Shown: positions 39,506 to 53,235 of the stretch, in pieces
Layout of the letters: every line of letters starts with the position of its first letter
Numbering within the stretch: position 1 is the first letter of the stretch
NCBI RefSeq assembly: GCF_006345805.1
Contig: NC_042998.1
Location: 140,368,001-140,432,000, forward strand
Source: Octopus sinensis
Taxonomy: Eukaryota
Direction of reading: 5' to 3'
Length of the DNA stretch: 64,000 bases
Notes under the pieces: model-generated
Seen by the model: the letters and a program-made list of their open reading frames with translations, nothing else
The model's database searches: none
Told to the model about the DNA's origin: nothing
Position numbers and translations under genes: made by a program

Positions 39506-40819
39506 ATAAATATATGATATGCATGCTGAAAACATTACTGATAAAGAACTCAATACTTTGGAAGTGTGCATATATATATTTATCATATCACATATCACCG
39601 TCATAATCAGCCAACTGTGAGGGAAACTCGGGTAGACTGTCATTTAAAAACAAATTCAGTAAATAGAGTGTAGGCGTATATGTGTGTATAAGTTTGTGTG
39701 TGAGTGTGTGTGTGTGGTGTGTGTGTGTGTGTGTGTGTGTGGTGTGTATGTGTGTGCTGGTCATGTATATTGCGTGTGTCTGTATATGTGGGCAGGTATG
39801 GATGCTGTAATATGTTTAAAAGTCAAGTCATTATTCACTAAAGTATCTGTTAATGGGTTTCAATAATTTGATGGCGATGAAATAATTTGTGTATATGAGT
39901 GCGCGCGTATGTATGCATTTATGTATGTATTATGTATGTGCGTTTGTATCTAAGTATGTATTTATGCATGTGTGTATGTATGATTGTATGTATATTGTAT
40001 GTGTGTATGTATATTGTATGTATATTGTATGTGTGTATGTATGATTGTATGTATATTTATTATGAATGTATGTATGAATGTATGCTTACGTACATACATG
40101 CATGCATACATACATATATACATACATCCAGACAAGCATACATACCTACCTACATACATGAATACATACGTATGGATGTATGTATGTATGAATGCATGCA
40201 TGTATGTATGTATGCATGTAAGTACGTATGTATGCATGTGTTTTTGAAAATGAATGCATGTATATATATATATATATATATATATACGTGTGCATGTATG
40301 TATGTGTGAATGTATATTAATGTATGTATGTAACTATGAGTAATTGTGCTATGTATGCGAGTATGAGTAATCGAATCAGTGTACATATAGTCTATAGGTA
40401 TACGAACTGTGTGTATGTGCGTGTGTGCGTGTGTGCGTGTATGCGTGTTTGTGTGCGTGTATGCCTGCATGATTGTATGTGCGTTGATTTCTCTGCGTAT
40501 GTTTGACAGATTTTTCCGTATCCTTGTATCCGTTGCTTGTGATACCATTTTGTTTATCCGACCTGTAATCAACGGGAAGAGATAGTACGAAAGAGGGAGA
40601 AAGAAACAGCAATTGAGGAGATATCAAGGGGGAGAGAGAGAGAGATAAAAAACTGAGAGAGATGTAAAAAAACAGAGAAAGAGAGAGACTGACAGACAGA
40701 ACATGTAAGAGAATGTAGTGAAGCCTGAGATGGTTGAAACGAAAGCAGGTAAAAGGGAGACAGAGACAGATTGACGGAAATAGAACATGACTCTTTGAAA
40801 GGAGATAGCTAGCAAGATA

Positions 40820-41185
<366 letters not shown>

Positions 41186-41577
41186 GAAACAGTGAGGAAG
41201 CTAGAAAGGGAGATCGTAATAGAAAAGAGGCAATGAGTGACTAAATGTGTGAGAGAGATTTAATGAAGAAAGAAAGTTAGAAGATGACTGAGGTGCAAGA
41301 TTGCGTTGAAAGATAGATAGATAGAGAGAGGGAGGGAAAGAGGGAGAGAGAGAGGTAGAAACAGAAGAGGTAAAGAGGAAGTGAAGGTGGGCAGATCGTA
41401 GTGTGAAGAGCATATCGAGTTGTTAATCTGGCATAGTTCTCAGTGAATATCAAAAGCTCAGATGCCGTCAATTACGCGACTAATTTTCTTCTCCAAAACG
41501 TTTCATCTTCACTGAAGTGGTTTTCGCCATCAAAGCAATAATTACGCAGACATTTATTTCAGCTTGTGTGTGTGTGT

Positions 41578-41622
<45 letters not shown>

Positions 41623-42586
41623 CGTGTATGAGAAAGAGAGAGAGGGGGAGGAGGGAGAGAGATAAAGAGGTAAAAAGAGGGAGGGAGAGAGAAAACATCA
41701 TAGAGGGTGGTACAATGGCGGCAGTGAAAGATCAGAGCGCAGGATTAAGAGAGAAAGAGGATGAGATTGAACAAGGAAGTGGGATAGGGGAGATGCGGTG
41801 AGAGAGAAGTAGATAGATAAATAGAGAGAGAGAGAGAGAGAGAGAGAGGTGAATGAAGAGCACAGAAGGACAAACACTGGCGGTGAGAGTAGAGGTCACT
41901 TTTTGACACAGACCACTAAACACGAAACACGCCCGCTAGTGGCCCTAAAGTGCCAGGCCACACACACAGACACACACACACACACAACACGCGCATACAA
42001 GTACATACACATGTCACTAGCATCATCATTAACACCATCATCATCACCACCACTCATGACACCACCAACCATATACCAACAACAACAACAACGTCATTAA
42101 TACCACTAGCTCCACCATTGCCGCCATTTTGTTTACTGCAGTGATAATAATTTGCCGACGATGTTTGCAACATAAATTGTTTGCATCACAATAGAAACAA
42201 GCAAGGTAATTTTTTTAAAAATCTTTTTCTTTTTTTTTTTTTCCTTTTTTTTTCCTTCCATTTCTTTCGGTCATTGCAGAATTTCACCTCATTCTCTTCT
42301 ATCACTAATTATCACCCACCTTTCTCCTCGTTTTTCTTTTATTCTTTTCTACTCTTTCTCATACTTTCTCTCCACCACCACCACCACCACAAACACAAAC
42401 ACACTTCCCCCTCTCTCCTTTTATCTTTTACTTGCTTCAGTCACTGCGGCCATGCTGGGGCACCGTCATGCAGGGAATTCGTCGAACAACTCGATCCCAG
42501 TTCTTCTGGTTTACTTTTTTTTTTAAAGTAAGGTATTTATTCTTTCAGTCTCTCTTACTTTTATTCTTTCCTCCTCTACACCTCTC

Positions 42587-42654
<68 letters not shown>

Positions 42655-43329
42655 ATATCTATCTATCTCTCACCAATATTCATTTTACTTTTCTTCTGAT
42701 TATTTCAGCCATTGTTATACTTGGAAGGGGATCACAACCCTCGCTTTCTTTTATCCACAATTGGAAAAGCTCTTCGCAGTCACTCAGCTTGCTAGAGATA
42801 ACAGCCATGAACTCTCTACAACTTTCTCATCTTAAAAGAAGATAATAAAACATTGAATATAATATTCTTGAAAGAAAGAAAAAGGTTGGCGGGAATGATC
42901 ATAACAAAAATAACTTTAAATCATAAGTCTGCTTGATCAGGACTAACCTGGGGTTACACAACAACAGCAACAATTGATGTATATCACTAGTGTTCAATAA
43001 ATAATATATTGATTTCTTACAGTGATGCACGAGGTCACATTGCAAGATCCCGATTGGTTGTATTGTTCTGAATAGATGACTGGTATGTATTTTATCAACG
43101 AAGGAAATAACGAAGTCAACCTGGGCAAAACTAAATACAATAAAGTTATTATTCAGATGCTCTACGATTCGTATCACTCCGATTTAGAATCAGAGCTTAC
43201 ATGGGATAGAGGATATGGGGTTCAGTCGGCACGTCGATCTGGGTTTCGAAAACTGGAAGGGGCGCATGAAATATCTAATAGATATCTTTCAACAAAAGGG
43301 AATAAGAAATAACTATGTGTATAACATTT

Positions 43330-43800
43330 ATGTGTGACGAGACCGAATCAGATCGAAACAGCGTCTCTGGTGATCCACTAGCGTTCTGACCGAAGCCTTT
43401 TGTTTTTAACACACAAATCTCTTTGAGAAAATTTCTCCCAGACAACGGATTACAGCGAGTGCCGTTTCATATTTGTATATAAGTACGTATTATATATTCG
43501 TATACACACCGGTATTTTAATCTAAGGCTGTTCAAGTGTGTATATTGATATAATTCTAACGTGATTAGCTTTCACACAAAATGCTTTGTTTACCGATTTA
43601 TGTAACGGAACAACCATTTTCGGTTTAGCTCACAACGTCTGAAGAGACAAGAGCAGATCGAAAGGTGTCTGGTGATTCATTGGTGTTTGGAACGAAACTC
43701 TGAGCTTTTTAACACACATCTCTTTGAAATGTTTCTATAAAACAAAATATTACAGCTAGTGCCATTTCCCATTTATACAAATATACAAACTGGTATTTTA
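43330..43800 (+). mobile_element. Second locus of family H6 (about 305-nt unit, decayed hammerheads)
   Basis: GTGACGA-GAC..ATC-GAAA at 43334-43358 and CTGAAGA-GAC..ATC-GAAA-GGTG-TC-TGG at 43639-43672. Same downstream tail as 31.9/32.2 kb. Confidence 0.5.
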
Positions 43801-44002
43801 ATTTAAGGATTTTCCTGGGTGAATTTAAAAAAAAAAAAAACCAAAGAAAAAAACAGACTCCTTTGAATAGGGAACTCCTTCATACTCGAAAGCACTCTTG
43901 TTTTGGCTTTCAAAATCCACCCCAGAAGTTCTGTTAACAAATATATATATATATATATGAAAAAATGGATTGTAAATAAACGACATAAAAAACGTATACT
44001 TA

Positions 44003-44150
44003 TACTGAGTGTACAACCGGACGGGAGACTGACACAGAAAGTCCCTAACTTTTCATCAGTTATCAATCAAATGGTAATACCCAGTTTACCATTTGGTTGA
44101 TAACTGATGAAGAATTAAGGATCTCCCGTCCGATTGTACTCTCAGCATAC
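44003..44150. mobile_element. Short palindromic MITE (related copy at 36005-36135)
   Basis: TGAGTGTACAACCGGACGGGAGA / TCTCCCGTCCGATTGTACTCTCA, plus an internal inverted repeat. Confidence 0.7.
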
Positions 44151-44269
44151 GTATACGTTTTTTCTTTTACCTGTCGGTGTTTATTTACTATGCATTTTTT
44201 CATTTATTAAGTAACGGTACGCAATGCACACCCGACTATTACTAACAGTAAGTTTTTATATATATATCT

Positions 44270-44491
44270 TCCCTTCTTTTGGACTTTCCTCTCTTTCCGA
44301 AGAAGAGCGTCTGCTCGAAACGTTAAACCATCTTTCTTTCCTTCCCAGATCGTCTGCTAATACTTTACATGTACCACGTCCTCGCGTTGTTGTTTTTTTG
44401 TGTTTGTTCTTTTGGGGATTTACTATATGTGTGTGTATGTATATGTATATATACATACATACATACATACATACATACATACATACATACA

Positions 44492-44524
<33 letters not shown>

Positions 44525-44770
44525 GTGTGTGTGTGTATTCTCTCTCTGCTTATTTCTGTGTTCCTTTCTGTCGAAGAGCGTAGGCTCGAAACGTAAAAGA
44601 CTTTCTCACTTCCCGAGCGTTGAACTAAGACATCTGTTTGTTGTTTACACACCCGTCTTCGTCTTTTGTTTTGTTTTGTTTTTGCAAATTCCAACTATAT
44701 ATATATAGTTAGTCTAAAAAAAAGAAAAAAAAACACAAGAAAAAACAACGTGAGGACGTGGTACATACAT
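44270..44770 (+). mobile_element. Second H4 locus: motif A and motif B hammerhead-like modules in tandem, plus an inverted fragment of the A tail
   Basis: TTT-CCGAAGA-A-GAGC GTCT GCTC-GAAA-CG-TT-AAA at 44294-44327 and CTTT-CTGTCGA-A-GAGC GTAG GCTC-GAAA-CG-TA-AAAG at 44564-44599. The tails match those at 8680-8730 and 8985-9060. Confidence 0.6.
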
Positions 44771-44886
44771 TATATATGTGTGTGTGTAGATGGAGAGAGA
44801 ACGAGAGAGAGAGAATGAGAGAGAGAGAAAGAGAGAGAGAGACAGGCAGGCAAGTAGACCTATAGATAGATAGATAGTTTAGATAG

Positions 44887-44984
<98 letters not shown>

Positions 44985-44994
44985 TTAGATATAC

Positions 44995-45330
44995 AATGAG
45001 TCACGAAAATTTTTCAACCCTCTGTTGAATTTTGTTTTGCATTCTTTCCTTCTAATTAGATGTGCTTTTCATTCTTTTGAGATACATATAAGAATCTTGT
45101 GTTTTGGGATTAATTCCAAGTTTTATTTGATAAAACCCTTCAATGAAACCTTTGATTTTTACATGTATCAAAGTCATCAGCTGGTTTCAATATGGACAGT
45201 CCCGTTGAGAAATAACTCAAATGTTCGGTGAACACAGTCAAGAGGTGGATTGGAGAAAGAGGATTGTGTTGTCAAGAAGAGATCTATGAAGCCGCAGAAA
45301 GGTTTCTGGCGGTGGTGGGGAGAAAGGGAA
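44995..45330 (+). mobile_element. Tc1-like left-end remnant
   Basis: TACAATGAGTCACGAAAAT terminus and the HTH-like reading VNTVKRWIGERGLC. Confidence 0.4.
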
Positions 45331-46624
45331 GGTGACAGTGAAGTTATTAGACATCGGCGTGCAGCTGTTAGAGAACTTGTAAATTCTATGGATATGTCGC
45401 CAAATTTTCTGTTGTCTTTACTTGTTTCAGTCATTGGACTGCGGCCATGCTGGGGCACTGCTTTGAAGAGTTTTAGTCGAACAAATCGATCCCAGTACTC
45501 ATTTTTTGAAAAAGCCTGGTACTTATTCTATCGGGTTGTTTTGCCGAACCGCTATGTTACAGGGGTGTAAACAAACTAGCACCGGTTGTCAGGTGATGGA
45601 GGACAACTACACAGATATACATACATACACACACGTGCACATACTCGCACACACATACGCACACACGCACACACATACATATACGACGGGATTCCACTCA
45701 GTCTACAATGTCTATTTCGCCCGACGCTCCTTTTTGAGTTCAAATTCTGCTGAAGCCGACTTTGCCTTTCATCCTCTCGGGTTCGTTAAATTGGTCGGCC
45801 TGTGGTTATAGTCGAAGATACTTACCCAAGGTGCAGCTCAGAAACATTGAACCCGAAACCACGTGGTTGCAAAGTGAACTTTTTAACCACACAGCTACGC
45901 CTTCGCTTCTATTGAGTAAGGAGAATAATGAAAAACTTGCGAACATGTACGTACGATGTATTGGAAGAAAGGACCAAATGATTTCAAAAACTAACAAACT
46001 TTAATAAAACCAAATGGTTCACCTGGGCTAGAGGGTTCTGCAAAAATGAAGATGAAGTTTCAGTTGTCAATAATATGATCAAACACAAGGCGGCGAGCTG
46101 GCAGAAACGTTAGCATGCCGGGCGAAATGCTTAGCGGTATTACGTCTGCCGTTACGTTCTGAGTTCAAATTCCGCCGAGGTCGACTTTGCCTTTCATCCT
46201 TTCGGGGTCGCTTAAATAAGTACCAGTTACTGGGGTCGATATAATCGACTTAATCCGTTCGTCTGTCCTTGTTTGTCCTCTCTGTGTTTAGCCCCTTGTG
46301 GATAGTAAAGAAATAAGTATTTCATCTGTCTGTACACGTCTGAGTTCTAATTCCGCTGAGGTCGACTTTGCCTTTCATCCTTTCGGGGTCGATAAATTAA
46401 CTACCAGTTGCGTACTGGGGTCGATCTAATCGACGGGTCCCTCCCCCCCCACCAAAAAAAAAAATTTCGGGCCTTGTAAAAAGAATATGATCAGACATAA
46501 AGCTCGTCAGCCTTTTTTTTTCTTTAAGTTCTGTAAAAGAACACGGAAGGTCGGGCCTCCAACTAGGTCTTTGGTGATACTCTTAAAGCCAGAGACTTTT
46601 CACTACTCCCTCGTACCCTTGTGT

Positions 46625-46697
<73 letters not shown>

Positions 46698-46719
46698 GTG
46701 TGTGTGTGTGTGTGTGTGT

Positions 46720-46932
46720 ATAGAAGAGGTTCAGAAAAGTTCCTGGCTTTAGGTAAAAGTAGAGGATCAGTTAATTATGATTTCATTCAACATATTTCCC
46801 TCTGATTCACACACTTACTTCAGCAGTTCTTCAGTTCTTCAAAGCCCTGTAAAAGAACTCGGAAGGTCGGGCTTCCAACCAGGCATTTTGCGACACCCTT
46901 GAAGCCAGGAATTTTTCAGCACTCCCTCGTAT
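46720..46932. mobile_element. Mariner-type MITE (related copy at 36755-36927, partial at 46520-46615)
   Basis: TIRs GAAAAGTTCCTGGCTT / AAGCCAGGAATTTTTCAGCACTCCCTCGTA. Confidence 0.75.
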
Positions 46933-48099
46933 ATGCATGGTACAACAAAGCTAAATCGTGGGAACCGAATTGTTTGCAAGGAACAATTGAACAACGGGGA
47001 GTTGGAGCTTATGATACCCGGTCGGGGAGCAGTGAAGCCCATGGATAAATCGGTAAGAGCTGATTATTGTTAAATGAACTGTTGAAATAGTAAGCAACAC
47101 GCTTTATTGATACACTGGTCGATGTTGTTCTTAATAACTTTTTTTCTCTAATAAGGCGACGAGCTGATAGAAACGTTAACACGCCGGGCGAAATGCTTTG
47201 CGGTATTTCGTCTGCCGCTACGTTCTGAGTTCAAATTCCGCCGAGGTCGACTTCGCCTTTCATCCTTTCGGGGTCGATTAAATAAGTACCAGTTACGCAC
47301 TGGGGTCGATATAATCGACTTAATCCGTTTGTCTGTCCTTGTTTGTCCTCTCTGTGTACCCTTGTGGGTAGTAAAGAAATAGGTACTTCATCTGTCTTTA
47401 CATTCTGAGTTCAAATTCCGCCGAGGTCGATTTTGCCTTTCATCCTTTCGGGGTCGATAAATTAAGTACCAGCTGCATACTAGGGATTGATCTAATCGAC
47501 TGGTCCCTTCCCCAAGATTTCGGGCTTTGTGCCTAGAGCAGAAAAGAATACCTTCTATCTCTTATTTGTTTCAGTCATTGGGTTGTAGCTATGCTGGAGT
47601 ACTGCTTTGAAGAGTTTAAGTCGAACAAATCGATCCCAGTACTTATTGTATAAATCTGGTATTTATTCTATAGATCGCTTTCGTCGAACCGCTGTTACGG
47701 GGCCGTAAACAAATCAGCACACACACACACACACACACACACGTATAAATACACATCTATATACACAAGGCGCTTCCACATAGTTTCCATCTACCAGATT
47801 CTCTTGCAAAGTATTGGTCGGCCGCGCAGTGGGACTGAACATGAAACCTTGTGGTTGCACAGTGACTTCCATAACCACACAGCTATGCCTGCAACTATAC
47901 ACACTATGTTTGAAAAATAAGACCTGACGGCCATATTTGGAACGATTTTGGTCATAGGTCTGCTTGATCAGGGTCGACTGGGATTAAATGAAAACAACAA
48001 CAACAGCATAAAAGAAACAATCTATTAATCTCCATCAAACATCCTAACCTAGAAAACCAATAAGTGAACCACATTCAGTTTTATAGCAAAACTCACTCG

Positions 48100-48456
48100 C
48101 ACAAACATACACACACACACATGCACTACGTCACACGTACACACACATGCACATGCACTAAATCACATGCACACACACATGTATATATACTAAATCATAC
48201 GTACACACACATATATATACACATGTACTAAATCATACGTACACACAAACATATACGCACACGCACACACACACATGCACTACATCTCACGTACACACAC
48301 ATACACATGCACTGAATCACACGTACACACACGATTGTACACGTACTAAATCATACGTACACACATGCATATACACTAAATGACACATACACACGCGCAC
48401 ATACACATGCGCTAAATCACACACACACACACACACATTTGCAGGTACACACATGA

Positions 48457-48496
<40 letters not shown>

Positions 48497-48667
48497 CTAT
48501 ATATATAATATATACTAAATTAGACATACAAACTGCACATACATGAACACATACATGTTTACACAGATATGTGTATTAGAACACACATACATACATTTGA
48601 GTACGAAACCGCATATATATAGCCATGTGTTCTAAGAGACACATACACACGCACATACGTGCCAAAT

Positions 48668-48705
<38 letters not shown>

Positions 48706-49160
48706 TATGTACTAAAGCATACGTACACACATGTGTGTACTAAAGCACACACATGCATACACAGATGTGTGTATTAGAATACACATACGAGTATATGTAC
48801 ACATTTGAGTACGAAAGCTCATATACACACCCATGTGTACTAAAAGACGAATGCATAAGCACGTACGTGCTAAAGCATACATAGACACACACATATATAC
48901 ATTGTACATAGTTATACACATGTGTGCTAAAGTACATTTACATACACGCATATGCACTAAAGCTTACATACATACACACACAGAAACTAAAGCACTCACA
49001 TGCACGCATATGTGCACCAAAACATACATACATACATACATGCATAATACATACATACACACGTATATACATACACATATATAGACACACATACACACAC
49101 ACATTCACACACATGCACACATATAGCTAGACACACACAAATATGTGTACTAAAACACAC
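48100..49160 (+). repeat. CA-rich minisatellite (CTAAATCATACGTACACAC / CTAAAGCATAC units)
   Basis: Recurrent ACTAAA(T/G)CA(T/C)AC motif. Confidence 0.75.
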
Positions 49161-49439
49161 ACTGATGATCAGAAGAGAGAAGTCTCACAACACTGAATCT
49201 TGTCTCTCAGTAAACAATTAAATGCAATATGCAACTTAAATCATCATATTTCTTCCTCCCCACACTCTCTCTCTCTCTTTCTTTTTCTCCTCCTCCTCCT
49301 CCCCTCCTCTCTTCTCTCTCTCTCTTTCCCCCTCTCTCCTTCCTCTCTTCCTTGCTCTCCTTTTCTACATAAGCGTAACGATCTCTGATGATTCTATCAA
49401 GTACTTCACAAGCCAGAAATACACAACAAACGCTGACAT

Positions 49440-49545
49440 CACCGAAAGCAAGAACTACAAAGGTCACAGAACAACGTCCAAATGAAAAGTTCTTCACTCT
49501 TCGCCAAATACATGACAAATTCAAAGAAAACCAATTTCTTAAGAA
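49440..49545 (+). mobile_element. RTE-like RT fragment
   Basis: FFTLRQIHDKFKE resembles the RT motif IFTLRQIxEK. Confidence 0.45.
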
Positions 49546-49659
49546 GGAATCCTAACAGTTTTAGATTTGATTTCTGAGTGGAAGCAAATAGTTTCACCGA
49601 CATCAACTAACCTTTCGCAATTCTAGCTTTAAATCCTAGACAGATCAACGTAGTCTTCC

Positions 49660-49694
<35 letters not shown>

Positions 49695-49939
49695 GAATTT
49701 ACAAAAAAAGACGAAGACGGGTGTGTATATATTTATATATACACACACACAAATGATAAGAAGAAGACAAAGAAAATTCTTTAACACATCTTTAATGATT
49801 CGTTACAATTGTTTCTGTACCAATTCTATTTGCAATGCCAGTTTTCACAATAATTCGAACTGAAAATTTAAATAATGTTAGCGGTTTTAGACATTAGAGG
49901 GGTACTTCATAAGACTTGCCTCAAAAGTGTGCTGTCACA

Positions 49940-49970
<31 letters not shown>

Positions 49971-49978
49971 TTGTGTGT

Positions 49979-50470
49979 AGGTGCAGGAGTGGCTGTGTGG
50001 TAAGTAGCTTGCTTACCAGCCACATGGTTCTGGGTTCAGTCCCACTGCGTGGCACCTTGGGCAAGTGTCTTCTACTATAGCCTCGTGCCGACCAAAGCCC
50101 CGTGAGTGGATTTGGTAGACGGAAACTGAAAGAAGCCCGTCGTATATGTAATATATATATATATATATATATATATTAATACATATAATAGATATATATA
50201 TATATATTATATTATATATATATATATATATATATTATATGATATATATTGTGTGTGTATGTTTGTATGTCTGTATTTGTCCCCCTAGCATTGCTTTGAC
50301 AACCGATGCTGGTGTGCTTATGTCCCCGTAACCTCGCGGTTCGGCAAAAGAGACCGATAGAATAAGTACTAGGCTTACAAAGAATAAGTATCGGGGTTGA
50401 TTAGCTCGACTAAAGGCGGTGCTCCAGCATGGCCACAGTCAAATGACCTCAAACAAGTAAAAGAGTAAAA
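49979..50470 (+). mobile_element. SINE family B with internal microsatellite (also + at 2855-3010, 5130-5700, 23228-23700, 24890-25170, 60265-60420, 62010-62190)
   Basis: tRNA-like head GCAGGAGTGGCTGTGTGGTAAG..GGGTTCAGTCCC, then CACCTTGGGCAAGTGTCTTC, an internal (TA)/(TG)n, and the tail CCAGCATGGCC.CAGTCAAATGA. Confidence 0.88.
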
Positions 50471-50994
50471 GAGTACATATGCAACTTGTAGTCAACCACC
50501 TGATGTTATCAACAGTATGGATGTAAATGCCACTGGATTTAATTCAGGAATTCCTTTGACCTTCTCAGTATGGACAGCAGTCGGCCGGCATAGCTTACAT
50601 GGTCATAGAAACACTCATAACCACCACTTCACAACAAAGATTGGATCTCGTGGTGGCTTCCAGGGATATAGTCAAATGGAAATGTACCCTCTAAAGCGTA
50701 TTACAGGGTTAGACCATAACTTGTTCTTAATTCATTGAACCTATTTACTACAAAGTAGATGGGGCTATTCAGATGTTGACTCTTTGAACGCGAAAAGCGT
50801 ATATATCTGCTTAAAATTTTACTGCCGTTAACTGCAGAATGCGATTTAACCCCATGGCTTTTGAAAAAAAATCTCTCCTTATACATAACATCGAAACCTT
50901 TATAATACGTAAAATTATAAGTTTTCTCACACCCTTTTTTAAAAGTCTGAATTTGGCGTATTTATTATTATTATTATAATATTATTATTATTAT

Positions 50995-51664
50995 TGAGTG
51001 AGAGAGCATTCATGCCATCAAAGTGACACTGGGGTAAAATATACGAAGCCCAATATACCCATCATGACTCCCGTTGATAAAGGTACACCAGGCACATGCA
51101 TCACAACCATGTGCGCGACATGGTGTCTCATTCAAGATAAACAACATGACCTTGCAGGTGGGGCCCAGTTAGAATTTTCTTCAGGTTGAGTAGCCCATCC
51201 GCCTCAAACGGTCCCTGAATAAGGGTTGCTTTAGGATGTTGAACGAAACACCTATTTTTCCAGAGGTGAACCATTCAAACTCCAAGAATCCCTCTCAACA
51301 CATGGCCATGATGCTCCCCCACTACTACTTCTGTCGTGATCAGAGATGCACTAATCGTCAGCCACTAAGGGACATGCTCAACTGGTTAAGGTCAAACAAC
51401 TGACAAGCAACCTGTGGTATTGAGCAGAATATTTGCTGTAGCCCATCTTTTATACCAAGACAAAACCATTGTACATGATACACTTCCAGTCAGTTAAGAT
51501 CAGAAGCCATCGAGCCACTGCCTGGTACTGCATCAGGGCATTTAGGTATTGAGCAATATTTGCTGTAGCCCATCTTTTATACCAAGACAAAACAATGTAC
51601 ATGATAACACTTCCAGTCAGTTAAGATCGAAGCCATGAGAGCCCTGCCTGTACTGCATCAGGGC

Positions 51665-51666
<2 letters not shown>
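50995..51666. repeat. Dispersed non-coding repeat of about 670 bp between (ATT)n tracts (partial copy at 62525-62660)
   Basis: GTCAGCCACTAAGGGACATGCTCAA..GTATTGAGCAGAATATTTGCT recurs at 62575-62657. Internal duplication of 51417-51543 at 51546-51666. Confidence 0.7.
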
Positions 51667-51972
<306 letters not shown>

Positions 51973-52344
51973 GCCGGTGAGCTGGCAGAATCGTTAGTAT
52001 GCCGGGTGAAATGCTTAGCGGTATTTCGCCCGTCGCTCCGTTCTGAGTTCAAATTTCGTCGAGGTCAACTTTGCCTTTCATCCTTTCGGGGTCGATTAAA
52101 TAAGTACCAGTTACCCACTGAGGTCGATGTAATCGACTTAATCCGTTTGTCTGTCCTTGTTTGTCCTCTCTGTGTTTAGTCCCTTGTGGGCAGTAAAGAA
52201 ATAGCTATTTCGCCCGGCGCTCCTTTTTGAGTTCAAATTCCACTGAAGCCGACTTTGCCTTTCATCCTCTCGGGTTCGTTAAATTGACTACCAGAGAAAA
52301 AAGGGAAGAAAGACAGAGAGAAAGAATAAAATAAATGTAAACAA

Positions 52345-52798
52345 AGAAAATAAAGGGGAACAATGCTCTTCTCAATATGTGTGACGTACCAGTTAAAACA
52401 ACCTTTTGCACTTCCTGTATGGATGGTAAATAATTTTCAGTTCCTTTCTTGATCATTCCAAGTGTTCCTACAATTACTGGTATTGTAACCGTTTTGAGAT
52501 GCCGCATCTTTTCGATTTCGATTAGCAAATCTCAATATTTTCTGAGCTTATCAAATTCTTTTGCAGAGATATTATAATCACAGCTATGCTCATTTCAATC
52601 AATAAACAGACTACTGTTTTGGTCTTTCACAACAATATCTGGTTTGTTTGCTTTGATGCTCCGGTCTGTACATACTGGAAAGTCCCAAAGAATAGTTACA
52701 TTTTCTCCCTCAGTTACAGCCTCATGGTGGTGCTTGTACCATTTTTCAGCAGTTTTGATTTTATAATGCCGATAGATTATCCAGATTATCCAGTGTAA
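52345..52798 (-). mobile_element. 3' fragment of a second, distinct R4-like LINE subfamily
   Basis: Reads KWYKHHHEAVTEGENVTILWDFPVCTDRSIKANKPDIVVKD...EIEKMRHLKTVTIPVIVGTLGMI...TGTSHILRRAL, with stops. Confidence 0.85.
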
Positions 52799-52799
52799 A

Positions 52800-53182
52800 T
52801 ATTTGTCGTGCTCTCACTGCATTACCGAGCGCAACCTCTTGTGCCTTTGGTATGTACTGTGGTTTGTTGTGGTGCTCTTATTTTCACTGTTTTGAAAGTG
52901 CTTTACGTAGAATGTGTGCGGTACCTAGTAGAGCTATTTTCTGTATGTTATATATATTCGTAATGTCTCGGTTATGTATTTGTCTGTATGATTTTTTATA
53001 ATATCTAATGCACCTATTATTATGGGGGTTGTTTTTACTTTTAGGCTCCGCATTCGAATTATCTCTATTTCCAGATCTTTCTATTTTGAGAGATTCTCCG
53101 TTTCTTTTAGAGATACGTTGTCATCTGTTAGGATTGATATATCGATTAGAAGGCATTTTTTTCTCGGTGATCTCTGACAACT

Positions 53183-53185
<3 letters not shown>
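52800..53185 (-). mobile_element. Older 3' fragment of the same LINE family
   Basis: Diverged RLE C-terminus and 3' UTR, with (ATT)n at 53187-53235. Confidence 0.85.
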
Positions 53186-53220
<35 letters not shown>

Positions 53221-53235
53221 GTTATTATTATTATT

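Noticed and set aside
44075-44135. CTGATGAAG hammerhead-like core
   Set aside because: It is part of the palindromic MITE arm, with no stem II or GAAA.
50420-50460. CAGTC-AAAT-GACTG-AAAC-type hairpin in SINE B tails
   Set aside because: No CUGANGA upstream, so not a hammerhead.
51280-51345. U1 snRNA-like words (TGATCACGA, GTAGTGGGGGA) on the minus strand
   Set aside because: Short matches with the wrong spacing, and no 5' ATACTTACCTG.
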